Source of the DNA: an uncultured Verrucomicrobiota bacterium
Lineage (GTDB): Bacteria > Verrucomicrobiota > Verrucomicrobiia > CAZIPW01
DNA: 64,000 nt
NCBI GenBank assembly: GCA_964541675.1
Contig: CAZIPW010000003.1
Coordinates: forward strand, 22,770-86,769
Direction of reading: 5' to 3'
Positions 10,125 to 19,948 of the stretch are shown here, one piece after another. A program made the translations under genes and the position numbers. The notes under the pieces were generated by a model. It was not told where the DNA came from. It saw only the letters and a list, made by a program, of their open reading frames with translations, and did not search any database. Position 1 is the stretch's first letter. Each line of letters starts with the position of its first letter.

Positions 10125-10169
10125 CAAAATAAGAAAGTAAACACCGCGGCAGCCATAAAGGCTGCCGCG
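10125..10169 (-). terminator. rho-independent terminator immediately downstream of flagellin paralog 4
   Basis: 11-bp perfect inverted repeat CCGCGGCAGCC/GGCTGCCGCGG (10143-10169) followed on the minus strand by GUGUUUACUUUCUUAUUUUG. Confidence 0.6.
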
Positions 10170-10178
10170 GCAAGATTA

Positions 10179-11033
10179 CTAGGAACCCAATAGTTTCAGA
10201 GCGATCTGGCTCTGGGAATTGGCCTGGGCCAACATTGAAGCGCCGGACTGCACCAGAATCTGGTACTTGGCGTAGTTTGTGGACTCAGAAGCCACGTCAA
10301 CGTCAGCAATCTGGCTGTTGGCGCTCTGCAGATTCTGGGCGTTGGTCGTCAAGATCTGGCTGGCAAAGTTAAGCTGGCTGGTATAGGCACCGTTTTCAGC
10401 TCGAAAAGTCGCTATCTCTTGGATAGCGTCTGTGATCTGCCCCAACGAGATACCTCCGGTTGCCAATCCTGCGGCACTGGTCTCAATGGTACTGTAGGTC
10501 TTACCGCCAGAAGTATCGGCCACATAAGGCTTGCTCATGGTTACAGTCTGAGAACCATCGGGAGAGATAGCTACCTGCAACGTAGAATCGCTACCACCAA
10601 AGAGCGAGACACCATTGAAGGTTCCCTCGTCGATGCTTTTGAGCTGATCTTGCAGCTGGGCAAACTCGGTCTGGTAGTTGGCCTTGTCTGAAGAAGACTT
10701 GGTCACGTCGTTATAGAGGGTCGCCAGCTGCGACATACGATTCAAGATGTTCCCCGCTGTCTGCAGCGAACCATCCTGCGTTTGGAGGAACGAAATGGCG
10801 TTCGCGACGTTGGACTGGACAGCCTGCGTAGTGCTGATGGCAGACTGCAGCTTCATTGACACAGCCAGACCACCGGGGTCATCCGACGGAGTGACAATCT
10901 TCGAACCACTCGAGAGGCGTGAGAGCGACTCCTGCAGTTGCGTTTCCGAGTTCTGCAGGTTGATAGCGGCGGCTGAGGCCGCGGTGTTTGTATTTATGAC
11001 TATTGACATATAATCGTCCTTGATTACTCGCAT
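10179..11033 (-). CDS. flagellin (paralog 4, 284 aa)
   Basis: Conserved flagellin termini. Confidence 0.85.
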   Translation of the reverse strand: MRVIKDDYMSIVINTNTAASAAAINLQNSETQLQESLSRLSSGSKIVTPSDDPGGLAVSMKLQSAISTTQAVQSNVANAISFLQTQDGSLQTAGNILNRMSQLATLYNDVTKSSSDKANYQTEFAQLQDQLKSIDEGTFNGVSLFGGSDSTLQVAISPDGSQTVTMSKPYVADTSGGKTYSTIETSAAGLATGGISLGQITDAIQEIATFRAENGAYTSQLNFASQILTTNAQNLQSANSQIADVDVASESTNYAKYQILVQSGASMLAQANSQSQIALKLLGS

Positions 11034-11098
11034 CCCGTCCGTGGGTTGCGTTCCGCCGTGGGTAATAGTCGCCCACGATCAACTAAGTTCACCCATGT

Positions 11099-11127
11099 AG
11101 ATCGGCACTTTCACGAAAATTTAAATA
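11099..11127 (-). promoter_or_regulatory. putative sigma-28-like promoter upstream of flagellin 4
   Basis: Minus strand reads TATTTAAATTTTCGTGAAAGTGCCGATCT, resembling the TAAA-N15-GCCGATAA flagellar class III consensus; about 70 nt upstream of the start codon. Confidence 0.3.
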
Positions 11128-11328
11128 CACTTAACAACTTTTTTGTCAAAACAGTGTAAAAGCCCGGTTTCTATTGGGCACAGTCTGCTACTTGTCCGTT
11201 TTAGTTGGCGATTTTCAGTACCAGAATAGTGTTTTTGCTCACATCAAAGAGTGTTCTGATAGCCCAAAAACTCCCCTATATATGCGGACTACGATCGGTA
11301 AGACCTCTTGTGCGGGCGTTTAAAAGGA

Positions 11329-11880
11329 CTAATGTATGTACGGTTCGTAAACGACTTTCTCTTTGCTGTCGTCCGTATCATTCCTCGCCGTATGCACCTC
11401 TGCGTGCTTATCAACTGCCGGACGCCCGTTCAGCGCTTCATACAACTGGCGGTTTTCCAAATCCAGCAGTTGTGATTTCTTCGACAGCTCTTCCACCCGT
11501 GATTGAAGTTCTTCTTGCTTTACTTTTAAAATATTATTCTGTCTCTCAAGCTCCGCCCGTTCTTCATTAAGGGCGCTGACAGATGAACTGGAAACGGGGC
11601 TGGAGTTGTGATTCAACCGGGTCAAAGCACTCTCTAGGTGATTGGAGAGCCTCGCAATCAACGCGTCTTTCTCCCGGATTTCCTCCTGCGTCTGTTGCAG
11701 CCGGACCATCGGATCGGTGGCGGGATTTTCCTGGGCACTTTCGCTTAAGGAAGTGTTTTGCACACTGGCCTGCATCGGGATCGGCGAAACGCCAGTTCCA
11801 GCCGTATCTACGGAATCAGCGGCCCACAGCACCCCTGCGTGCTCAAGCAAAAGAACCGCCATTAAGTACCGCCATCTCAT
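11329..11880 (-). CDS. hypothetical secreted coiled-coil protein (183 aa)
   Basis: Signal-peptide-like N-terminus MRWRYLMAVLLLEHAGVLWAADS; heptad-rich region EELQSRVEELSKKSQLLDLENRQLYEAL. Confidence 0.45.
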   Translation of the reverse strand: MRWRYLMAVLLLEHAGVLWAADSVDTAGTGVSPIPMQASVQNTSLSESAQENPATDPMVRLQQTQEEIREKDALIARLSNHLESALTRLNHNSSPVSSSSVSALNEERAELERQNNILKVKQEELQSRVEELSKKSQLLDLENRQLYEALNGRPAVDKHAEVHTARNDTDDSKEKVVYEPYIH

Positions 11881-12039
11881 CCCCTCTTACTTCGGCTTTT
11901 TCTCCACTTTTTTTAACTCTTTTCATGCGGTTCTGTAAAAGAATCATAAATATAGTATCTGGAACATCATCCATTTCAATGTAAACAGTCCGTCTGAATG
12001 GATTGACTCCTCAAGGCGACGCGTGATTTAGTCGTACAG

Positions 12040-13965
12040 ATGATCTCCCTGCCGCTTGAACGTTTGATTGCTCTCTACATGGGAGCCCCTCTATTAATCT
12101 TCTTAGGGTCCTGGATTGTCTCCCCCCTAAACATATTGCTACTGGCCTTGGGAGTCTGCTGTCTCTTCAATGTTTTCCGGCAACGACATGATGTCCATAT
12201 TTCCAGAAAAGAGCTCCTATTGGTTCTGTGCTTCTCGACTGTGTGCTGTCTGGTGGGCGGGGTGGGCGGATATGCCATGCAAAATAGCGACTATCTGAAA
12301 CATAACTTTATTTTTGAGTCGCTTGCGCATAACTCATGGCCCGTTACCTTCCAATACCGCGATGGCACTGTTACGTCCCTGGTTTACTACTTTGGCTATT
12401 ATCTCTGCCCGGCCATCATCGGCCACTTCTTTGGTAACACAGCCATGGATTTCGCATATTTTGTCTGGACTATTCTGGGACTCGTATTGGGATCTGTCTG
12501 TTTCATCAGATTCTTTAAACTCCCGGCTTGGACCCTTTTCCTCCTGTGGGGATTATCTGGCCTAGAGTTGGTGGGGAATATCGCTACCCATAAGTTATTG
12601 TTTAATCTCAATTCCACCTATTCATGGTGGGCTGAACCCATACGTTTTGTATCTTTGACAGAGACATTTCTTTGGTCCCCAAATCATTTTTTGGCTGCTT
12701 TTCTCAGTATATCATTGTATCTCCAGGCGTTGGAACAACAGCATATAAACAAAGCTCTCGCATGGATATGTCTGGTCTTCTTTTGGAGTCCTTTTATAGC
12801 CATCGCATTGGCAATATACCTTATACATACAATATGGAAGGGGAATCTCAAGAATCTATTTAACGCCGTTGGAACAGGTCTTCTGGTCGCCTTCCTTTTT
12901 CCCTTACTGGTATTCTACTCGTCGAGAATCTGCCCGGATCATCTTTATTTTCTTGGCAACATAAAAGAGTTTCAACAGGTGTATCTGCCATCCATGCTTT
13001 GGGAAGTCCTAATTTGGTTACCCATCATACGTTTTCACTATTTTTCCAGATGGGAATTATTGATATCAATTGCCGCCCTTTTAGTAATCCCCTTCTTTAC
13101 CGCAGGAGCTATGTACGATCTTACTTTTAGAACAACAGTTGTTCCACGTCTTGTTATGTGGGGATTCGTTCTGATGTCCATTATCAAGGAGCCAAGAACT
13201 TGGCGTATTGTCGTATTTAGCACTATCTTTATATTAGGCAGCTTATCTCCTATAATATCCATTTATAAACAGGTAGGTCCCCGGGCCAAGATACCGCCAC
13301 TGTTTAGCAAATATTGCAAACAGGAACGAAAGGATTTTTGGTCTGAAGAAAGTGATGTTATTACCAACCAATATCTGGGGAACTTAAAACGCAATCTACT
13401 TACTGACAGCATACTGCAACCCACGACTGCCCCCTGTAAACTTGATATGAGTCTGGCAGAATCAAAAATTTGCCGAATATATTCCAATTTTCACTATGAA
13501 CAAAACGCCCATGATAGCGGCTATTACAAATGCGGGGCTCTTGCAAACATGACCTTGGTGTGTCACGAATCCGGCTATCTCATTACCATCCAGTTGACCG
13601 CCCGGCCTATTGTACTGCATCAGCACTACGGCCTATGTTTCTTTAAACAGCCCATCATTGATGCAGCAGCCCTGGATATCTATGAGCCACCGCTGAAAAG
13701 ATTTCTGTGTCTGAAGGAATTCGCGGATATCCCCGCCCTTAATGCCAAGACACCCAGAGTTATCACCGAAGGAAAGATTGATGTCGCCGATGGAGGAACC
13801 CCTGTCTATATTCACACCTATCTCAAACGGGGGGCAACTCGCATTTATATCACCTCGAACGATTTGGCCACTGGCAAAACTGATGTCGATAACTATTCTT
13901 TTATCCTCTCCGACATCAAAGTCCGGATCGGCATTCTCCACGGTCCCAATGAGATAGATCTATAG
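12040..13965 (+). CDS. large polytopic membrane protein with C-terminal soluble domain; GT-C-like glycosyltransferase candidate (641 aa)
   Basis: About 11-12 predicted TM helices over the first 400 aa, then a soluble domain of about 230 aa; clear paralogy to 55951-57945 (for example KHNFIFESL..FQYRDGTVTSLVYYFGYYLCPAIIGHF..FIRFFKLPAW against KHNFMFNVL..VQYSDGTVISIVYFIGYYIVPAIIGAH..FLRYFRLPAW); convergent with a GtrB-like GT2. Confidence 0.6.
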   Translation: MISLPLERLIALYMGAPLLIFLGSWIVSPLNILLLALGVCCLFNVFRQRHDVHISRKELLLVLCFSTVCCLVGGVGGYAMQNSDYLKHNFIFESLAHNSWPVTFQYRDGTVTSLVYYFGYYLCPAIIGHFFGNTAMDFAYFVWTILGLVLGSVCFIRFFKLPAWTLFLLWGLSGLELVGNIATHKLLFNLNSTYSWWAEPIRFVSLTETFLWSPNHFLAAFLSISLYLQALEQQHINKALAWICLVFFWSPFIAIALAIYLIHTIWKGNLKNLFNAVGTGLLVAFLFPLLVFYSSRICPDHLYFLGNIKEFQQVYLPSMLWEVLIWLPIIRFHYFSRWELLISIAALLVIPFFTAGAMYDLTFRTTVVPRLVMWGFVLMSIIKEPRTWRIVVFSTIFILGSLSPIISIYKQVGPRAKIPPLFSKYCKQERKDFWSEESDVITNQYLGNLKRNLLTDSILQPTTAPCKLDMSLAESKICRIYSNFHYEQNAHDSGYYKCGALANMTLVCHESGYLITIQLTARPIVLHQHYGLCFFKQPIIDAAALDIYEPPLKRFLCLKEFADIPALNAKTPRVITEGKIDVADGGTPVYIHTYLKRGATRIYITSNDLATGKTDVDNYSFILSDIKVRIGILHGPNEIDL

Positions 13966-14976
13966 CCGGTGGGGCCCTTCGGCCATTTCAAGTTCGTCCC
14001 CGAGATGGTCCTGAATAATCCAGGTCGGGCGGTGTTTGACTTCCTCGAAGAGCCTCCCCAAATATTCGCCCTGAACCCCCATACAGATCAGCTGTACTCC
14101 TCCCATAAAAAGTACGCTCATCACAATAGTGGCATACCCCGGAACAGGCCCCCAACCATAGGTCGCAAAGAAATTGCCGAAGATTCTTTGTAGCAGGGTG
14201 AATATGATCCCCACTAGAGAGAGACCTGATATCCAAAAACCCAGCATGGAAGTCAACCGCAAAGGAGCTGCCGAAAAAGATAAAATGCCGTTTAGCGCAA
14301 GTTTATTCAATTTTCTGAAGTCATATTTGGACTTGCCAGCTGCCCGCGCATTCCTTTCATAAACAACGCCTATTTGTTTGTATCCCACCCAGGCCCTCAG
14401 TCCCCGCACAAAACGTTCGCGCTCAGGCATTTGTTTGAGCGTTTCTATCACCACTCTATCCATCAGACAGAAATCACCCGCATCCAAAGGCATCTTAAAA
14501 TCCACCATCCGGGATATCAACCTATAGAAGAACCAGTAGGAAAACCGCTTCATCCAGTTCTCTTTTCTTTTGGCACGCACAGCATATACTACCTGGTAGC
14601 CTTCTTTCCACTTCGAGATAAAATCTGCAATCAGCTCCGGCGGATCCTGTAGATCTGCATCTACCACAACCACCGCATCCCCTTTGGCCAAGGAGATACC
14701 GGCCGATATAGCCGGTTGGTGACCAAAATTGCGGCTAAACCTGACTGCGCAAAAACGATTATCTCTCAGGTTCTGCTCTTTTATAAGCTGCCAGGAACCA
14801 TCTGTTGAGCCATCGTCAACAAGAAGAACCTTCCAGGACACCTCCCAAGACGCGGCTGTTTTGGTTATCCTTTTGAAAAGCTGAGGAAGTACCGCCTCCT
14901 CATTATAGCAGGGCACCACCACGGTAATTGAAGACATCATTCCTTGATAGGCCAAATGCGACCCGTATGCAAGCAT
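13960..14976 (-). CDS. GT2 polyprenyl-phosphate sugar synthase (GtrB/CsbB/DPM1-like glycosyltransferase)
   Basis: VVVPCYNEE..LLVDDGSTDGS..VDADLQDPPE (DxD) motif and two C-terminal TM helices, the typical architecture of GtrB-type bactoprenol-sugar synthases. Confidence 0.85.
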   Translation of the reverse strand: MLAYGSHLAYQGMMSSITVVVPCYNEEAVLPQLFKRITKTAASWEVSWKVLLVDDGSTDGSWQLIKEQNLRDNRFCAVRFSRNFGHQPAISAGISLAKGDAVVVVDADLQDPPELIADFISKWKEGYQVVYAVRAKRKENWMKRFSYWFFYRLISRMVDFKMPLDAGDFCLMDRVVIETLKQMPERERFVRGLRAWVGYKQIGVVYERNARAAGKSKYDFRKLNKLALNGILSFSAAPLRLTSMLGFWISGLSLVGIIFTLLQRIFGNFFATYGWGPVPGYATIVMSVLFMGGVQLICMGVQGEYLGRLFEEVKHRPTWIIQDHLGDELEMAEGPHRL

Positions 14977-15016
14977 ATCATCAGCCAGTGCCCATTATAA
15001 ACATCATCTGAGACCA

Positions 15017-15403
15017 TCAATAAGACAAGGATGGTCCACCACTTGTCGATGTCACAGCCGTCTTTTGATTGAGATTTTTGAGGCTATAGGTATATCCGCT
15101 TGGTATATAACTGGACAGTGTTGAAGCGACATATCCCAAATATTGGTTCAGCGCGCCGTATTTCAATGCATTGGTCTTGGCATTGAAAGAAGCATGGGCG
15201 GCGTAACCATATTCCAATAGATATTGAGACTTGGCTGAATTGAGAATTATGGCTCGGTTGCTTGCATTGCTGTTTGAAGCCACTCCCTGCGCCCAGCTGA
15301 AAAAAGGCACAGCCGCAGCCAGAAGGAGTGCCATCAGAGAAATGACAACCATTATCTCTATCAAAGTAAATCCGCTTGCCCTATTAATACTTGAGATAGA
15401 CAT
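15017..15403 (-). CDS. type IV pilin-like pseudopilin (128 aa)
   Basis: Prepilin N-terminus SGFTLIEIMVVISLMALLLAA (G/FTLIE class III signal). Confidence 0.7.
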   Translation of the reverse strand: MSISSINRASGFTLIEIMVVISLMALLLAAAVPFFSWAQGVASNSNASNRAIILNSAKSQYLLEYGYAAHASFNAKTNALKYGALNQYLGYVASTLSSYIPSGYTYSLKNLNQKTAVTSTSGGPSLSY

Positions 15404-15788
15404 CTTTTATATGCATATTACGCGGGGCCGGATTGTTCCCCGATGAATCGGGGTCCGGCTCATTCCAGGAAAGTGTAAGCGCCAACTTTTTTAATGTCGA
15501 CGCTGAACTCTGTGTAGTGGCCATAGACGCCGTGTAAGCCACTCCGTTGAGATAATATCCTTTGGTAATTCCAGATACCGTCACACCTGCACGCCAGCCC
15601 TCCCCTATCCTTCTGCTCTGCAACAGCGCCTCATTTCTATCCTGTTGGACAAGCATCGACGAGGACATTCTCATACTTCCATAGTAAAAACCCACCAGAA
15701 ACGCCGCCAGCAATACCGACATAGCCATGACTTCCAGGAGGGAAAATCCCTCCGTGGGGGAACTTCTTTTACGGGTATTAACGCGCAT
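15384..15788 (-). CDS. type IV pilin-like pseudopilin (134 aa)
   Basis: Prepilin-type N-terminus TEGFSLLEVMAMSVLLAAFLVG. Confidence 0.65.
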   Translation of the reverse strand: MRVNTRKRSSPTEGFSLLEVMAMSVLLAAFLVGFYYGSMRMSSSMLVQQDRNEALLQSRRIGEGWRAGVTVSGITKGYYLNGVAYTASMATTQSSASTLKKLALTLSWNEPDPDSSGNNPAPRNMHIKDVYLKY

Positions 15789-15789
15789 A

Positions 15790-17031
15790 TTAGTGGCCGG
15801 CCGAGTGCATCAGCACTTGCCCTATTCCAAACAACGGCAGGAATATTGCAAACACAATCACACCGACAAACACAGCCAATACTATAGTCACAGCAGGCAC
15901 AATCGTTTGCTGCAGACGATCAATCACCACCTCCATCTCCCTCTCAAAGGTCTTGGACAGGCGATTCAATACTTCTTCTATTTCGCCCGATGCCTCGCCA
16001 GACTCCACCGCAGCCGCCAACCGATCGCCCATCCCGCCAAACTGATCCCCGTGGGATTGAAAAGCTATCGTCATGCTGTCACCCTTGTTGATCATGTCGC
16101 AAATCTGGGCGAAAACACGCTCAAAATAAACTGTGCCCGTGGATCTTCCCGCTATGGTAAGCGCCTTCGCCATTGGAATGCCAGCCCCCAACAATACAGC
16201 CAATGTTCTACAGCCATTTGTAATCGCGGATTTTCTCAGGAATTCGTTTATCATCGGTATAGTCAACATGGCCCGGCAGTACCACATTTGATATGACAGC
16301 CACTTGATGTAGTTGGCCCAGATGATCACCAGTACAATTGGCGCTATCAGCAAAATGGGGTATGACTGCAGAAAGTCAGATATGGCAACAACAAATTTTG
16401 TGATCCCAGGCAACTGGCCGCCTAGGTTGTCATATATTGTCTTGATCTTGGGAATCAAAACCGCCGTGAATATATAACCTACCACGCAGGCCATCACGAT
16501 TACGATACATGGGTACGTAAGCGCTGACTGCAGCTGACGCCTATAATCAAGCCGTTTGGAGAGAACTCTGACCAATTCCGAAAATGTCTCTCCGAGGGTA
16601 CCCGTGCTTTCCCCTTCTTCGATGAGTGCCAGCGTTGTGTCGTCCAGAACATTCTTGTGCCTGGCGAATGCCGCGTGCAGCAGCTCTCCACTCAATAGTC
16701 CGTGCACAATGCTCATTGTTATGATTCTAACTCCCAGCTTCGCAGTCGCACGCGCCTGTAAAAGGAAAGCCTTCACCGGATTGAAACCGACCTGCATCAA
16801 CGGAGACATCCCTTCAAAAAAAACAACCTGATCTTCCAGACTAAAGCGTTTACTATAGCTCTTGACCATCTGATCAGCCCGCTTCTGGGGAATGACGCCT
16901 ATACTGAGTATTTTTTGCGGTACGCCGACAGAAATAAAAGAGTCGACCTCCTCCCTGTTATACGCGGGTATCAGCCACTTCTTTATTTTGCCCGTTCTTG
17001 GATGTTGTGTAGTTACCCCGTATATTTTCAT
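15790..17031 (-). CDS. pilC: PilC/GspF-family inner-membrane platform protein (413 aa)
   Basis: Size, three TM segments and the duplicated GspF cytoplasmic domain pattern; 2 nt from the upstream pseudopilin gene. Confidence 0.8.
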   Translation of the reverse strand: MKIYGVTTQHPRTGKIKKWLIPAYNREEVDSFISVGVPQKILSIGVIPQKRADQMVKSYSKRFSLEDQVVFFEGMSPLMQVGFNPVKAFLLQARATAKLGVRIITMSIVHGLLSGELLHAAFARHKNVLDDTTLALIEEGESTGTLGETFSELVRVLSKRLDYRRQLQSALTYPCIVIVMACVVGYIFTAVLIPKIKTIYDNLGGQLPGITKFVVAISDFLQSYPILLIAPIVLVIIWANYIKWLSYQMWYCRAMLTIPMINEFLRKSAITNGCRTLAVLLGAGIPMAKALTIAGRSTGTVYFERVFAQICDMINKGDSMTIAFQSHGDQFGGMGDRLAAAVESGEASGEIEEVLNRLSKTFEREMEVVIDRLQQTIVPAVTIVLAVFVGVIVFAIFLPLFGIGQVLMHSAGH

Positions 17032-17153
17032 AGATATTGCAACAATAAGAAGCCTAGTTGCTCTACGACGGAACTCTTTCGTGGGTTAAGCCAGGAATGA
17101 TCTGAATAAAAAGCCCCTGGAAATTTCCAGGGGCTTTTCAAAGCAATTTGCGA

Positions 17154-17705
17154 CTAGTAGCCGAAACCGGTAGTAGAGCGACCGGTAACAGTCCAGTGAC
17201 GAACGTCAGTAAAAGCTATCTTAATGCGCTTACCTAAAGCTGTAAATGAGGTCGACGGCGCGATAAAAGGATCGCGCGTGGGGTTCGGGGCTGTAGTAAC
17301 AACAGTCCAGCCTTTTACGAGATCCTCTATAACCCCCGCAGGGACTGATGCATTGGTCCAAGAACCCGGGTAGTTGATTCTGCCACCTGCTACTGGTTTG
17401 GCCCAGTTATAGGCACTTGTTGGACCACTAGAATAAATGTTGGCCCCTGTTGTACTACCTGCCGTGGTATCGGCACCAAGGGCTATCCAGCGCGCAATCG
17501 CGCTAGCCACCACCTGTGCATCGCGCTGTTCGGCTGTGGCTTGCGCCCACATGGTGTAATTTGCCACATATGGCAAGGCAGCTACTATCAGTACAGCCAT
17601 GATCGCTATCACGGCCAGCAACTCTACGAGGGTAAAACCTCTACGGGTTTGAAAGTTGTTCATAGGCATCATACTATTTAGATAGTTTATATTAACGGTA
17701 TGCAA
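17154..17705 (-). CDS. type IV major pilin candidate (183 aa)
   Basis: N-terminus RRGFTLVELLAVIAIMAVLIVAALP, the canonical type IVa prepilin leader plus a hydrophobic alpha1 helix. Confidence 0.8.
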   Translation of the reverse strand: MHTVNINYLNSMMPMNNFQTRRGFTLVELLAVIAIMAVLIVAALPYVANYTMWAQATAEQRDAQVVASAIARWIALGADTTAGSTTGANIYSSGPTSAYNWAKPVAGGRINYPGSWTNASVPAGVIEDLVKGWTVVTTAPNPTRDPFIAPSTSFTALGKRIKIAFTDVRHWTVTGRSTTGFGY

Positions 17706-17734
17706 GACTTTTCTTAAAGGGAAATATATCTCTA

Positions 17735-19948
17735 TTATGTCAGTTCCAGATCGAGTTCCGCGTTATGGCTCATCACTTCATCAAAGTCCGTACGCCCCGA
17801 TATAACCTGTCTTAGAGCCTCAGAAAAGAGCGGATGGTATCCGGATCGCTGGGCTGCGCGATATATCTCCGTACCGGGGACTTCTCTTGCTATCAAGTCT
17901 TTGATTTCTAAAGATACCGGGCAGAGTTCCATTATGGCACGCCTTCCAGTATACCCTGTGTTTTGGCAATTATGACACCCGTTGTGGCCAAAGACCATAC
18001 CCTCCCCCTTCAAAAACTCATCCATGATGGTCCGAAGGGGTTTATTTAGAGAACAATTGTCTGGCATATAGTGTGCGATAATTTTTTTTTCTCTCTCTGT
18101 AGAGGGGCGGATCAGTTTACAATCACAGAGTTGTCTGATGAGTCGTTGGGCCTGCAGTAATATCAGACAGTCCGCTATGTAAGATGACTGTATACCCATA
18201 TTACGGAGTCTGCCGACAGAAGCTATCGCATCGTTCGTGTGGAGCGTTGAAAGTACCAGGTGTCCGGTCAATGCCGCTCTGATAGCCTGTTCAGCCGTCT
18301 CTTCGTCACGAATCTCTCCCACCATCACAATATCCGGGTCATGCCTGAGTACGTGCCGCAGCAAGCGGCCAAATGTTAACTCTATTTTGCTATTCACGGC
18401 TATCTGTTTGGCTCCATTGATCTCTATTTCTGGTGGATCCTCCAAGGTAATCACATTTACGTCCGGGGTATTGACCGTATTCAGCATGGCCGCCAACGTG
18501 GATGTTTTACCGCATCCCGTAGGCCCTGTTACCAGGATCAACCCATAACTGTGTGAGATGGCTTGCTTTATGATCAGCTCCTGTTCTGTAGGTAACGTAA
18601 GATCCGCCATTGTCTTGATTGTCACGCTCTTGTCCAAAAGACGCAGAGCCACGCTCTCAAACTCTCCAGATGGAATAACGGAAACACGGATCTCCACCTT
18701 TCTCTCCCCCACCTTGACCGTAAAGGTTCCGTCTTGCGGTAACCGATGTTCGGCCACATCCAAGTCTGCTTGCACTTTTATGAGGGACACAACCGCGGAA
18801 TAAATGTTATAGGGCAGCATCGCCAGGTCCACCAAACTTCCATCCACACGCAGTCTGAGCCTCATCTTATTATTGAACATATCTATATGCAAATCGCTGG
18901 CCCGGCTGACTGTGGCACGGTAAAAAGCATAGGAGAGTATCTGCCTTGCATTATTGCCGTCCAGTTCCCTGATCTTGGCAATGGCATTGGCATCAATGGA
19001 GAAAACCTCTTCTTTCCTCTCATTATCCTCATCATCGGCCACTTTGACCGCCGCCTTGCCCTTGGATTGGTCCAGAATCAGGCGGATCATCGGTTCCGTA
19101 ACCGCGCAGGCAATCACCTGTTTGAATGTATTGTCACTGTCCAACGTGCGGGCATTGAGCTCGTCCAAAAACTTTCCGGCCTGGGAAAGCGAAGGCAGTA
19201 ACATATAGTACGTGTTGGCCAGCCTTGCGTAACAAACAGCCTGGTATTTCTCCAACATAACCTCCGGAATGGTTTTCTGCGCCTCCTCGTCCACGCTGAT
19301 CGCCCTGATCGGCACCATTGGAGAGTTGCGCCCCAGGGCTATAATACCACACAGAAGGTCCTCTTTCCCCGCCATCAGTTTCTCCAGTTCCTCGATACTT
19401 CTGTTGTCGTGTTCGTCAAAATCATACAAATAGTGGTTTCTAACCAGCCACTCCAGCAGCTGCAGGGGATTGCCGAACGCTGCTGCGGGCGGCATGGGGA
19501 ATTGCGCCTGTGCGCCCCCATCCCCCAGTAATTCCAGACATATTTGTTGATATTTTCGGTAATCCTCAAACCCTATCGTTACCTTGAAGAAAGTGCCTTC
19601 CGGCAGTCCCAATGTATCACGAAAGTTGGGATAGAAATGCCCCAAGACCAAAATAGACCCTACATTGGCAACAGGTAACCACGGCAGATCAGATGACGGC
19701 GCCATATGGTAATATTTTTGCATATGCCTCACTATCGCGCGCACCGTTCCCGTGGGTACCGCGCTTGTACAGGGAAAGAAGGGGGCTTTGAATCGCCTGG
19801 CCAACAGATTGATGACATTCGCCTCATTGATACCCAGCCGCGAGAGCACCTGCAGGTGGTTCTCTCCCTGGGCATGATCAACCTTGCCACCGACCAGCCG
19901 GATAATCTCCCGTGCTACTTCCGGATAACTGTTACTGGCCGCCGTCAT
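17735..19948 (-). CDS. pilB: PilB/GspE-family assembly ATPase (737 aa)
   Basis: Walker A GPTGCGKTSTL, VGEIRDEETA, TGHLVLSTLHTND and a C-terminal tetracysteine motif (CDC..C..C..CQNTGYTGR). Confidence 0.9.
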   Translation of the reverse strand: MTAASNSYPEVAREIIRLVGGKVDHAQGENHLQVLSRLGINEANVINLLARRFKAPFFPCTSAVPTGTVRAIVRHMQKYYHMAPSSDLPWLPVANVGSILVLGHFYPNFRDTLGLPEGTFFKVTIGFEDYRKYQQICLELLGDGGAQAQFPMPPAAAFGNPLQLLEWLVRNHYLYDFDEHDNRSIEELEKLMAGKEDLLCGIIALGRNSPMVPIRAISVDEEAQKTIPEVMLEKYQAVCYARLANTYYMLLPSLSQAGKFLDELNARTLDSDNTFKQVIACAVTEPMIRLILDQSKGKAAVKVADDEDNERKEEVFSIDANAIAKIRELDGNNARQILSYAFYRATVSRASDLHIDMFNNKMRLRLRVDGSLVDLAMLPYNIYSAVVSLIKVQADLDVAEHRLPQDGTFTVKVGERKVEIRVSVIPSGEFESVALRLLDKSVTIKTMADLTLPTEQELIIKQAISHSYGLILVTGPTGCGKTSTLAAMLNTVNTPDVNVITLEDPPEIEINGAKQIAVNSKIELTFGRLLRHVLRHDPDIVMVGEIRDEETAEQAIRAALTGHLVLSTLHTNDAIASVGRLRNMGIQSSYIADCLILLQAQRLIRQLCDCKLIRPSTEREKKIIAHYMPDNCSLNKPLRTIMDEFLKGEGMVFGHNGCHNCQNTGYTGRRAIMELCPVSLEIKDLIAREVPGTEIYRAAQRSGYHPLFSEALRQVISGRTDFDEVMSHNAELDLELT

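Noticed and set aside
5778-11013. Conserved antisense ORFs (MLPAVWSEPSCVWR..., about 88-93 aa) inside every flagellin gene
   Set aside because: They are conserved only because the sense-strand flagellin sequence is conserved; there is no independent signal of coding. They are an artefact of the six-frame track
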